A stretch of 64,000 nucleotides of DNA from an uncultured virus (IMG/VR IMGVR_UViG_3300012009_000259) (taxonomy: Duplodnaviria > Heunggongvirae > Uroviricota > Caudoviricetes), in IMG/VR virus record IMGVR_UViG_3300012009_000259; one strand, written 5' to 3'. This document shows, piece after piece, positions 18,741 to 27,362 of this stretch. Below the pieces are notes generated by a model. That model saw only the letters and a program-made list of their open reading frames with translations. It had not been told where the DNA came from and ran no database searches. The position numbers and the translations under genes were made by a program. Positions within the stretch are counted from its first letter, which is position 1. Every line of letters begins with the position of its first letter.

Positions 18741-21700
18741 CTAGTCCTCTTCTAGAGGCGCGGCATGCGAGGTTACTGCCCAGGTAACGTAGTCAGTGTA
18801 AATGTCAGGCAGCCATGAGTCATCATACCATAGCCTCCATCGTGCTCTTGCCGTGTACATTGAATTGGGCACGCGAGAGAATATGTTGTACGCCCAGTCT
18901 TTGGGCCACGTATCCTGGGCATCCATGAGCCCCGTTCCGAGTGTTATATCTGTGTTGAGCATGGTGCTTTCATAGATACAAGTATGCGTAGATGGCACCA
19001 CTAAATCGGCGGGGCAGTCTGGAGTGACAATCGCGTGCGAGAAGTTGTCTGGGTCTCCACCTACAGGCCATAGCCCGCCAATCTCAAGGTCACATGTGTT
19101 GTGCCCATCGACGCATAGGCTATCATTGATGTTATACTGATTATCAGGGGAACCTGGGTCTATTGTTACCTCTAGGACTACTTCTGAATTGTTGGGGTAT
19201 AGTTCCCAACCCAGGTCTGGGTCGTAGTATCGGACAGTCGTAGTAACTGCCTGCCTGCGCACAAAATCTAGATTTGTGTCTAAAACAACAGATTCTACCT
19301 CGTCAGGATTGGGGGGTACTACGGGCCACCTCCTAAATATCGTTGCCATTACCGCCCCGTAGAAGACATCGTTGTCTAGCCACTCACCATAGTCACCAGA
19401 AAATAGGTATATGTATGAACCTGGAGCATCGTCCCCCGAAGTCTGGTTTCCCGCAGGATTGCCTAGTTCGTGATAGAAATAATTCATCAGAACACTATCC
19501 TCTGTCAGGGCGTCAGGGTAATATAGCTGTATATGGCGCATGTAGTTGGTATATCCAGCATCCCAATCAGCCAAGTCAAAGAAAAACTCTCCTGCTGAGT
19601 CAGTTGTAGTCGTGTCGCTATATATATCAGAGCAGTTTGTTGAGCCATCGCTCACGGTACAATACCGCCCTACAATTTCCACAGTATGACCATCATCTAG
19701 AGGTGCATTGTTAAACACCTCATAGTATCCCCCATCCACAACTGTACCAGCATACCCAAAGTCATTCCGTTCAAAGTCTCCGTGAATATGAGTCTCTCCA
19801 GGAGTATGAGTGTAATGGTATTCATACCCTTGGTATCCAGGATTGGCAATCGCATCAGGTTCCACTATATTCATGGAATAAGGAACCCGACTTGATGTTC
19901 TACTTTCTCCTGGTGTCACTTCATACAGACTAAGATTATTGGTAGAGTCGGGAGCTGTGATGGCGACACTAAACGTATTACCGTTGGGAATCATCGACCT
20001 TGTGCTTCCTAGGTCAAACTCAAAGAAACCCTGCGAGTCAGTGTTTGTGCTCATATACACAGTGTCTAACACATTTCCCGACGAGTCTTTGTGGACTCCA
20101 TTCAATTCAACGGGGACGTTGGGAATTGGTGTGCTAGGCGCACTATCAACTGAAGTACCTCTCGGCATCTCATAGATGTGGCCTTGATAGCGGAGGGTAG
20201 GAATGATCTCTAGTTCATAGTCTTCTATCTCTCCTGTTTCGGGACTCTTACCTATCACCATCGGCTCTGCGATAGGAGCAACAGTAGGGAGCCCCTCATA
20301 GCCTGCAACCGCACCTGTATAGAGATAGTAGTTTGATTGTGTAGGCCACTCGCTCACTGCTCCAGAGGCCGCAGTGCCTCTAGACGCCCTAAAGATGACC
20401 CTTAGGGCTATATGTGGTGGCTCTCCAGGTCGCGTGTAGTTCTCACTGGGGATGGTGTAATTAAAGGTATACTCTTGAAAGTTGTTTTCCCATTCCTGAG
20501 TATCTATGTTACTTTGGGAGTATATCAAATCGAAACTATCACGCTCAGGGGCAAGTGATGTGGCAGACCACACCTCTAATGAGCCCCTTAGCATGGAGGG
20601 GTCACCGCTGTGTTGGTGCGCCCCCGTGTACAGTTGTATACGGAACGTGTAATCATCACCAGGGACGTATTCAATGGCTTCTGGATATACCCAAGTGCTC
20701 GTGTCAGGGTCAAGCACAGACAGACCATCATCGCCAGTGTCAGACCCTCGGCCACGAATTGCTCTTACGTCCAGCGGAATGACACCTGCGGCATCATTCG
20801 AGCCGCCCCAGGCAGACGCCTTTTGTGCTGTGGGGTTCGCATCCACAGACCAATTCCATTCGTTATGGTTATCTGTGTCATAACCAAACTCTCCACCTGT
20901 TTGTTCGCCGCCTACCACTTGCGAAAATTCTGTGCCGTGCCAGGGTGTCATCCATACAGAATGATCTTCACCTAAACCACTTGGCATAGGCCAATGTGGG
21001 GTGAGCACAGGAACCGTCGTGCTCACGGATGGTGCGTGCTGTGTGGGGAACACGGGGTTGCCATTTCGTGTTACCCCTGGCACTATCTTACGTATGTACA
21101 TGTCTACTGAGACACTGCGCCCCAAAACCCCCATCCAAGAATACTCTGGGCTCATGTCTGGATTTATCTCAGACAGAGGGATGAAGAACATCTGAGTTGC
21201 ATCGTCGTACCGCGCTATCTTTTCGTCATTTTCGTCCCTGGGAACTCCCATCCTGATAGCGAAGGCGTGCCGATAATCTTGCGCATGGGCTGCAATGCAA
21301 GAGCGCGGGAACGGACTATTCTCATCCCCACAGTCGGGGTGAATAGCCAAACCTCCGGCGTGCCTTATCCAGACGTTATACCCGCTATGGGAAGCGGATA
21401 CAATAGGGAGCATTGGGGGGGCTGCCCCCCTGTTCTTTGTTATGAACTTTGCAAGGTCATAACTGCCGCAGTCTAGGCCAATTGCTATATTCCAGGATTT
21501 TGCTAACGCATTGTGGCGATCTCCAAATTCTTGGATTGACCCCTCGGACATGTTACTGCCCATCCATTCCTTTTTGTTATCGGTGTGCCAGTCACCATCG
21601 TCATGCGCAATGCCGCTCGTTGAGAACGGGGGGAGGTCACTGGTGTTATTGGCAATCTCACCGTGGAAAGCACCGCGTACCCGAATAAAGTGCTCTGGGC

Positions 21701-22127
21701 CATGCCCAGGAAGCAATCCGTGATTTGACTGGGTAGCACTACGTGCCGTTGCAATCATAGCGGCGTACCTTCTCGCCCGCTCTTTTCTGCTGTAAGTAAC
21801 CCAATCACCTCCTGTCGCGTAGCCCAGGTATCCCCCTCCATCTTCTGACCAGCGAATAGTATAGCCCAGACCTTCCCCATCATGCCAATCTCCAAAGTTA
21901 AACTTTGCATAATAGCCCGCCCACGTATATGCGTATTGAGCCCCCCAATGCGGGGTGTTCTTCATTCCCCCATCCGCCTGGTCATAGAAGTAGTTTCCAT
22001 CTCCTACGTACTCCCAGGTGATAATGTCGTCGGGGTGATTGGGTGGGAAGCTCTGCGCCTCTACCTGTTGTGCGAACACTAGCACAAATACACAAAGCAA
22101 TACGGATACCAATAGTTTCGACTTCAT
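18741..22127 (-). CDS. large secreted protein (putative adhesin/pilus-associated) with repeated Ig/Cna-B-like modules
   Basis: Signal peptide VEA-Q; repeats VELNG..TNTDSQGFFEFDL and VEIVG..TTTDSAGEFFFDL. Confidence 0.75.
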   Translation of the reverse strand: MKSKLLVSVLLCVFVLVFAQQVEAQSFPPNHPDDIITWEYVGDGNYFYDQADGGMKNTPHWGAQYAYTWAGYYAKFNFGDWHDGEGLGYTIRWSEDGGGYLGYATGGDWVTYSRKERARRYAAMIATARSATQSNHGLLPGHGPEHFIRVRGAFHGEIANNTSDLPPFSTSGIAHDDGDWHTDNKKEWMGSNMSEGSIQEFGDRHNALAKSWNIAIGLDCGSYDLAKFITKNRGAAPPMLPIVSASHSGYNVWIRHAGGLAIHPDCGDENSPFPRSCIAAHAQDYRHAFAIRMGVPRDENDEKIARYDDATQMFFIPLSEINPDMSPEYSWMGVLGRSVSVDMYIRKIVPGVTRNGNPVFPTQHAPSVSTTVPVLTPHWPMPSGLGEDHSVWMTPWHGTEFSQVVGGEQTGGEFGYDTDNHNEWNWSVDANPTAQKASAWGGSNDAAGVIPLDVRAIRGRGSDTGDDGLSVLDPDTSTWVYPEAIEYVPGDDYTFRIQLYTGAHQHSGDPSMLRGSLEVWSATSLAPERDSFDLIYSQSNIDTQEWENNFQEYTFNYTIPSENYTRPGEPPHIALRVIFRASRGTAASGAVSEWPTQSNYYLYTGAVAGYEGLPTVAPIAEPMVIGKSPETGEIEDYELEIIPTLRYQGHIYEMPRGTSVDSAPSTPIPNVPVELNGVHKDSSGNVLDTVYMSTNTDSQGFFEFDLGSTRSMIPNGNTFSVAITAPDSTNNLSLYEVTPGESRTSSRVPYSMNIVEPDAIANPGYQGYEYHYTHTPGETHIHGDFERNDFGYAGTVVDGGYYEVFNNAPLDDGHTVEIVGRYCTVSDGSTNCSDIYSDTTTTDSAGEFFFDLADWDAGYTNYMRHIQLYYPDALTEDSVLMNYFYHELGNPAGNQTSGDDAPGSYIYLFSGDYGEWLDNDVFYGAVMATIFRRWPVVPPNPDEVESVVLDTNLDFVRRQAVTTTVRYYDPDLGWELYPNNSEVVLEVTIDPGSPDNQYNINDSLCVDGHNTCDLEIGGLWPVGGDPDNFSHAIVTPDCPADLVVPSTHTCIYESTMLNTDITLGTGLMDAQDTWPKDWAYNIFSRVPNSMYTARARWRLWYDDSWLPDIYTDYVTWAVTSHAAPLEED

Positions 22128-22128
22128 G

Positions 22129-23175
22129 CTACCTCCTAATATCTACCGATGTGTCATTGATGATTTTTACGTTTATCACTTCACTAGACTCAACTCTATA
22201 TTCCCCTTCTGACGCAAGTTTCTCCACCATCGCATGTGTGGCTGTAAACCTGAGACTAAACGTCTCTATTACTCCGCCTTCAATGGTAAATACCCCTGCC
22301 TTGTCGCTGCTGCTGAAGTACCAGCAGTATTGATCGACACAAACGAATCTTAGTGTAACTGCGGAACCTTTTACGCTAAAGAGTCTTGCCCTATTACCCG
22401 ATGTATTCCTTACGTATACATAGGGGTCTGCCTGCCCAACGGGTTCACGGTAATAGACGACTTCACCCTTATCTGTTATGCCTGCGTCCCTTATCCACTC
22501 CTCTCCATCAGTAACACGCTCCCATCCCTCATTTGAAGGGCATTCCCCATGTGGAAAAAAGGCTCTTTCGAGATGCCCAAGTATTGTTGAGCCATTGTGC
22601 TCGTATGTCGTTCGGACATACCGCACAAGCCAGACACCATCTTCACCCACATTAAAGTCGTGAATTGGGGCGAAATTGTCACCACTGCGGGCTTCTTTAA
22701 TTGGGCAGCCCTCTAATTTGTAGTAGCCCCAAGTATGATATAGCGTAACTCCATTTATGGTCTGCCCAGACATTTCATCTTCGCAGATATACTCGCCACA
22801 GGTCATTTTCTCTGGTGGGATAGGGGCGCCTATCGGAACAGGTGTGGGGGTTGGTTGAGGTTCCGTGATTACAATAGGGGTTGCTATGACCACACCTGTC
22901 AAAATAGGGGTAGGCTCGAATGATACCTCATTAGGAGGTACATAATCCGTATCTGTAACTATGACAGGCGCTCTAGGCGTTAGACCCTCTTCTTCAGGGG
23001 ATGGCGTCATTTTCTCAATCAAGACCTCAACACCTTCCTCCGTATCTGGGGGCGTAGTATTTGGTGTAGGTGGTGCCTCTCGTGGTAATAGTGCGAGTGT
23101 TGATAACAGAAGCAGCACAAGCACAAGTGCGCTACATATAGCGATTTTATATTTGCTCCATACAGCCATACGCAT
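22129..23175 (-). CDS. N-terminally anchored extracytoplasmic protein with PT linker
   Basis: TM/signal segment followed by a Pro/Thr/Glu-rich linker. Confidence 0.7.
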   Translation of the reverse strand: MRMAVWSKYKIAICSALVLVLLLLSTLALLPREAPPTPNTTPPDTEEGVEVLIEKMTPSPEEEGLTPRAPVIVTDTDYVPPNEVSFEPTPILTGVVIATPIVITEPQPTPTPVPIGAPIPPEKMTCGEYICEDEMSGQTINGVTLYHTWGYYKLEGCPIKEARSGDNFAPIHDFNVGEDGVWLVRYVRTTYEHNGSTILGHLERAFFPHGECPSNEGWERVTDGEEWIRDAGITDKGEVVYYREPVGQADPYVYVRNTSGNRARLFSVKGSAVTLRFVCVDQYCWYFSSSDKAGVFTIEGGVIETFSLRFTATHAMVEKLASEGEYRVESSEVINVKIINDTSVDIRR

Positions 23176-23196
23176 CCTCCCTTTCTCTGTTTGATA

Positions 23197-23249
23197 TTAT
23201 ACAGGCCCTGGTTACAACTTGTCTTAATTGCTTTCATGCTTTGTATAAT
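23197..23249. promoter_or_regulatory. divergent TATAAT promoters of the Tad locus
   Basis: ATTATAC at 23197 (minus strand) and GTATAAT at 23243 (plus strand); neither has the ACCY -35 box. Confidence 0.5.
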
Positions 23250-23291
23250 ACACCGACTTAAGAGAGCATAGATTATGGATAGGAGGTAACA

Positions 23292-23459
23292 ATGAAAGAG
23301 AGCACCCTACGGCTGCTTTTGATAACTGTTTTGTTAATTGTAGCTGTGGCTGCCGTCTCCTTAAACGTCGGGAATAACTATTACGACACTATAAGGTCTG
23401 ACGGCAACATCCACAGAATCACATCAGATTACAGCGTCACCTTGCCCGATGTTCCCTAA
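23292..23459 (+). CDS. small pilin-like protein (55 aa, not in the ORF track)
   Basis: AGGAGG RBS; MKESTLRLLLITVLLIVAVAAVSL... Confidence 0.7.
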   Translation: MKESTLRLLLITVLLIVAVAAVSLNVGNNYYDTIRSDGNIHRITSDYSVTLPDVP

Positions 23460-23470
23460 AGGAGGGGCAC

Positions 23471-23620
23471 ATGGATAGAGAAATCAACTTTGTTGCTGTA
23501 ATTGCATTGCTATTGGTGGCGATACTATCAGTCGCCACTTACATAGCAATCAGTCTTAATGATGCTGTCTTGGCAGGCAGCGCGGAGACGGTTGACCTAT
23601 TTAACTATTTTATCCCATAG
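23471..23620 (+). CDS. small pilin-like protein (49 aa, not in the ORF track)
   Basis: AAGGAGG RBS; MDREINFVAVIALLLVAILSVATYIAI... Confidence 0.7.
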   Translation: MDREINFVAVIALLLVAILSVATYIAISLNDAVLAGSAETVDLFNYFIP

Positions 23621-23632
23621 AAGGGGGTTGCA

Positions 23633-23794
23633 ATGAAAGAGGAAGCTGTACATGAGTTGGCAACATATCTCTTAGTATTGCCTGTGATGATATTAGCTTT
23701 GGCCGCAGTAGCAGTTATCGGAGACCGCTTTATCACCGCGCTTGGGGGGACAGGCCCAAATGTGTCTGCTTTGGCGACTTTACTTGGCCTATAG
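23633..23794 (+). CDS. TadE-like minor pilin (53 aa, not in the ORF track)
   Basis: MKEEAVHELATYLLVLPVMIL resembles the TadE AxVEFALVLP motif. Confidence 0.65.
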   Translation: MKEEAVHELATYLLVLPVMILALAAVAVIGDRFITALGGTGPNVSALATLLGL

Positions 23795-23804
23795 GGGGTG
23801 AGGT

Positions 23805-24131
23805 ATGACTATATCAGAGGTCATGTCTGGTTTGTTTTTGCTAATTTGTTTCATGCTTGTGGTATGGGCTTTTAGTATCTCACAAACGGCTCTACGGCTG
23901 CCAGGGGCCTTGGTTATCGGCGAGCGTGAATCCTATGATACATACGCTTCTGACCCCACATCCTCAAGGTATGGGACTTGGTTTGGTGCGGGGCCTTTCT
24001 TGGGGTTATCAAGCCTCACGGGGCAAGATGTTTCAGATGCCACTGACAACTATAGCATGGGCGTATTCGCCTTACCAAGCATTCCCCTTGTCGAGAGATC
24101 AGGGTTGCAGACAATAATTAACGGGGAGTAG
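23805..24131 (+). CDS. pilin-like protein
   Basis: MTISEV + hydrophobic helix (Glu at position 5, as in mature type IV pilins). Confidence 0.65.
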   Translation: MTISEVMSGLFLLICFMLVVWAFSISQTALRLPGALVIGERESYDTYASDPTSSRYGTWFGAGPFLGLSSLTGQDVSDATDNYSMGVFALPSIPLVERSGLQTIINGE

Positions 24132-24135
24132 GGAG

Positions 24136-24879
24136 ATGAAGAGAGCGTATTTGTATTCGATGTTCATTACCGCCATGATGCTGATAGCCAGCATCGTGGT
24201 CGGGGGCATGATTATCTCTAACAGGCTAAGTGTTATCTTGCACTCAGCGGCAGCCCAGGCGTCATACTACATGTTTGACTGGGAGGAGTGGCAAGAGAAC
24301 TACACTTCACCAACATCTGACCCTGTATTGCGTTTCTTAGATTGCCCCCGTGCCTGCTACCCCCCAGTATCTCCTTATTGTAATCCGTACACAGAATGTT
24401 CAAGGGTAGGTTGGTATACCCTTGTAATTAGAAGTACAGCAGACATGGCAATGCAGCAGGCAGGCATCGACCACTTTGTTGAAAACCAGTCTTGGTCGTA
24501 TGGCGGGGGCAGCGTTCTTGACTTTGAGCACATGCGGATTTGGCTGGTGGATGATGAAAAGATAACCTTGTTAAAGGCAGAAGCCCCAACAGGAACCTAC
24601 GTTTCTGTATACGAGGGAAGTTCCCCAGGCTTTACACCAGTGCCACCTCTTTACCAAGACCGCTTTAATGGTAGAAATTGGGTACTAAAACCCTATGACA
24701 GAGTGTGGGGCGTACAGGAGGACGATACATCTTCACATGATGAAGTAGAGCCTCCTTACGTGGTTGCCGAGACCGACTTTGATATTTCAGGTCTGGGGCT
24801 AGGAAACCTATACTCAGGCGGGCGCGCGTCTGCAATAATAGCCATCCGTCCTGGGATATTGGAAAGGAGTGCCCCATGA
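24136..24879 (+). CDS. TadE/TadG-like minor pilin
   Basis: N-terminal TM, LHSAAAQA motif, operon position. Confidence 0.55.
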   Translation: MKRAYLYSMFITAMMLIASIVVGGMIISNRLSVILHSAAAQASYYMFDWEEWQENYTSPTSDPVLRFLDCPRACYPPVSPYCNPYTECSRVGWYTLVIRSTADMAMQQAGIDHFVENQSWSYGGGSVLDFEHMRIWLVDDEKITLLKAEAPTGTYVSVYEGSSPGFTPVPPLYQDRFNGRNWVLKPYDRVWGVQEDDTSSHDEVEPPYVVAETDFDISGLGLGNLYSGGRASAIIAIRPGILERSAP

Positions 24880-25199
24880 CACGCGGGTATGCAGTTCTAA
24901 ACTTAATCGGTTTCTTGATGATGATTGTGGCGTTCGTGGCGCTTGCGGGAGCCTTAATTGTCTTGGAATACGAGACTTACGGCTCTCCCTGGAGTTCCAC
25001 AAACATCTATCAAGCGCACCGGAACATTGAAGCGGTGCGCTTGGGGGATGACCCGATAGGCACTATGGATAGTGTAGATTTCGTGGTCTATGACCACCCC
25101 GTAATTTTCTATACTGGCCCAGAGTTGCAGAGCCCTCCCACAATGACCATAGTAGATGTGCCGTCTGTAAACATGAGAGTAAGGCAACAACAGAGGTAA
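24876..25199 (+). CDS. pilin-like protein
   Basis: MTRG|YAVL class III-like signal and hydrophobic helix. Confidence 0.6.
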   Translation: MTRGYAVLNLIGFLMMIVAFVALAGALIVLEYETYGSPWSSTNIYQAHRNIEAVRLGDDPIGTMDSVDFVVYDHPVIFYTGPELQSPPTMTIVDVPSVNMRVRQQQR

Positions 25200-25251
25200 T
25201 GTTCCAGTCTGGTACACTATGCTAACGCTTAATACATAAGGAGGAGGAAGC

Positions 25252-25872
25252 ATGACGGTGAATTTTAGCATGTCAAGGCAGAGAGCCGCTCAGCTGGGAC
25301 TAACATCGACACAGGCCATAATAGCTGTGGAGACTGTAACCCCCAACGAGACGGCAATGAGTCTGATGAAGAAATACTACGGCTGCGTTTTGGTATTCGA
25401 TCACGGATACCTAAGTACTGATGCAGGGGTTATTCTCTCCACTGAGATGCCGGAGATTAGACTCAGAGATAAGATGGTGGTGACTAGCCCCAGGGTAAAG
25501 GCCGCCAAGAGAGCAGGGCTTGTGTCCCGCATGATTAGGGACATCAAATATATCAACAGGGAAAGGATGCAAGAGGATAACACTACTCCCCTCCCGCTGC
25601 TTATTGTAGGCGAACCCACTGTCTTGTGGGGGGCCATACAAGAATCTGGTGTGGATAACATAGACGCAGTTCTGTCCCTCCACGAAGAGGAGGACTATGG
25701 GGATGCTCTGTGGTCTCAGGTACGCCCCTCGGAAGAAGAGTGGCCTAATATACTGTACTTCGATGATGCGCAGATGCTCACGGAGCGCCCATTTATAGAC
25801 CGTCTTAAAATGATGATCTGGGATGCGCCCGTTAGTGTAGCCGAGTTACAAGAGATGGAGGAGGAAGCATGA
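25252..25872 (+). CDS. cytoplasmic protein of the Tad locus
   Basis: Strong RBS; directly upstream of cpaB; no Walker motif. Confidence 0.6.
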   Translation: MTVNFSMSRQRAAQLGLTSTQAIIAVETVTPNETAMSLMKKYYGCVLVFDHGYLSTDAGVILSTEMPEIRLRDKMVVTSPRVKAAKRAGLVSRMIRDIKYINRERMQEDNTTPLPLLIVGEPTVLWGAIQESGVDNIDAVLSLHEEEDYGDALWSQVRPSEEEWPNILYFDDAQMLTERPFIDRLKMMIWDAPVSVAELQEMEEEA

Positions 25873-27293
25873 AGAAGAAGGGAACAGGGAAACTCGTACT
25901 AGTGCTGTCTTTGGTTCTAGCGTTGGGCTTCGTAGGGTATGTTGCCTATACCCTCTTCGGAGTTGACCAAGTTGTTTATTCTGTAGCAGTAGCAGACAGA
26001 GACATCTTGCCACAGATGCCCGTTTCGATGATTGTACAGCGCAAGATGATAAAGGTTCCGTTTTGGCAGACAATACCTAAGCCCCCCGACTTGCTAACCA
26101 GTCGGGGGCAGTTATGTGCTAACAGGCACATCCCAAAAGGGACGGTCATGCAGGATTCTTATGTTGGAGAGTGCCAGGGTTTTGTCTCTATATCAGTGGC
26201 GCTTCCACCAGAGACTAACAGCCCAACGCTGGCAAAAGGGGATGGGGCCATGATCTGCATGGTTGCCGAAGGTGCGGTAGCAAGAGACTTCTGCTCCAGC
26301 GACTCATGCGTGCCCCAGACGGAGTTTCACAAAGACAATCCGATGGAGATTTGGGAACTAAGCTCTGAGATTGAGCCTCTGGAGTTCAACGTCCCCGAAG
26401 GGATGATTTGTGTTACGGGCATCCTCGGTGATGCACTGAACGCCAATGGACAACCTGTTGAAGTCTGCAATGATTCCTCAGAAGACTCTAGGGTAACAAT
26501 CGGTAGTGGAGATATAACCACTGCTAGCCCTGCCGTTCAAACCGAAGGTGGAACTCTTGGTGGTGACGAAAATGAATGTAATGAGGAACCGCCAGTCTCC
26601 AGAATGGTGATTGTGCCTCCCGCTTCTATTCCCTTTTTTGGAAGACTTGAACATTATACAGAGGTCAGCGAACGAATGCTATTTGCAGGAGACGTAAGCC
26701 TTGTAAATGGAACGATCTTATTCAAGGTCGTTGACGGTGAGGGACGCTGGTTCTTATTACCTGATAATGGCCCTTGGGTTTACGAAGGCGAAGAAGAGGT
26801 TCAGACAGGTGAGGGTGGAAACATCGAGGAACAGAGCACCCCCACACCTGAGGTGGAAGTCACCGAAGTTGTTACTCAAGAGTCCGACATTGGGCCTGTT
26901 GTAACGCCTACGATTACGGCTGAATCTACTATCACAACCACAACCCCCATTACTCCCACAACCCCTATCACACGTAGCATCTCTATTAGTGAGTCATTGA
27001 TTGTCACAGATACTACAGGCATCACTGTGACAGTGAAGGTTGACAACCTAGCACTACGTTCTTCCCCCGATGGCGAACAGATAGGAACAGTAGGGTTGAA
27101 CTCAGTAATCACGATGACAACTTTTAACGGGCTTTTGGATAACCCCTGGATTGGCGTTATTGCCGAGGATGGGGAATATGGTTGGGTCTCCGGTGAAGAC
27201 CAGTACATAGACTATGGAGATTTCACCCTTGAAGAGTTCCTTCCCGAAGAACTACGGGAACCACAAGAGGTAGGCACCCCAGAAGGCGAGTGA
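25869..27293 (+). CDS. cpaB: CpaB/RcpC-like SAF-domain protein fused to a PT linker and a bacterial SH3 domain
   Basis: TM, VAVADRDI...ANRHIPKGTVM (SAF); C-terminal NLALRSSP..IGTV..WIGV..GEYGWVS (SH3b). Confidence 0.7.
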   Translation: MKKKGTGKLVLVLSLVLALGFVGYVAYTLFGVDQVVYSVAVADRDILPQMPVSMIVQRKMIKVPFWQTIPKPPDLLTSRGQLCANRHIPKGTVMQDSYVGECQGFVSISVALPPETNSPTLAKGDGAMICMVAEGAVARDFCSSDSCVPQTEFHKDNPMEIWELSSEIEPLEFNVPEGMICVTGILGDALNANGQPVEVCNDSSEDSRVTIGSGDITTASPAVQTEGGTLGGDENECNEEPPVSRMVIVPPASIPFFGRLEHYTEVSERMLFAGDVSLVNGTILFKVVDGEGRWFLLPDNGPWVYEGEEEVQTGEGGNIEEQSTPTPEVEVTEVVTQESDIGPVVTPTITAESTITTTTPITPTTPITRSISISESLIVTDTTGITVTVKVDNLALRSSPDGEQIGTVGLNSVITMTTFNGLLDNPWIGVIAEDGEYGWVSGEDQYIDYGDFTLEEFLPEELREPQEVGTPEGE

Positions 27294-27314
27294 TCTGGTC
27301 TCGTAGCATATAAC

Positions 27315-27341
27315 ACCTTGGGGGGACTATCCCCCCAAGGT
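27315..27341. terminator. perfect 12-bp GC-rich hairpin between cpaB and the ATPase gene
   Basis: ACCTTGGGGGGA-CTA-TCCCCCCAAGGT; no U tract. Confidence 0.5.
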
Positions 27342-27362
27342 CTAGAGAAGGAGGATATTAAA

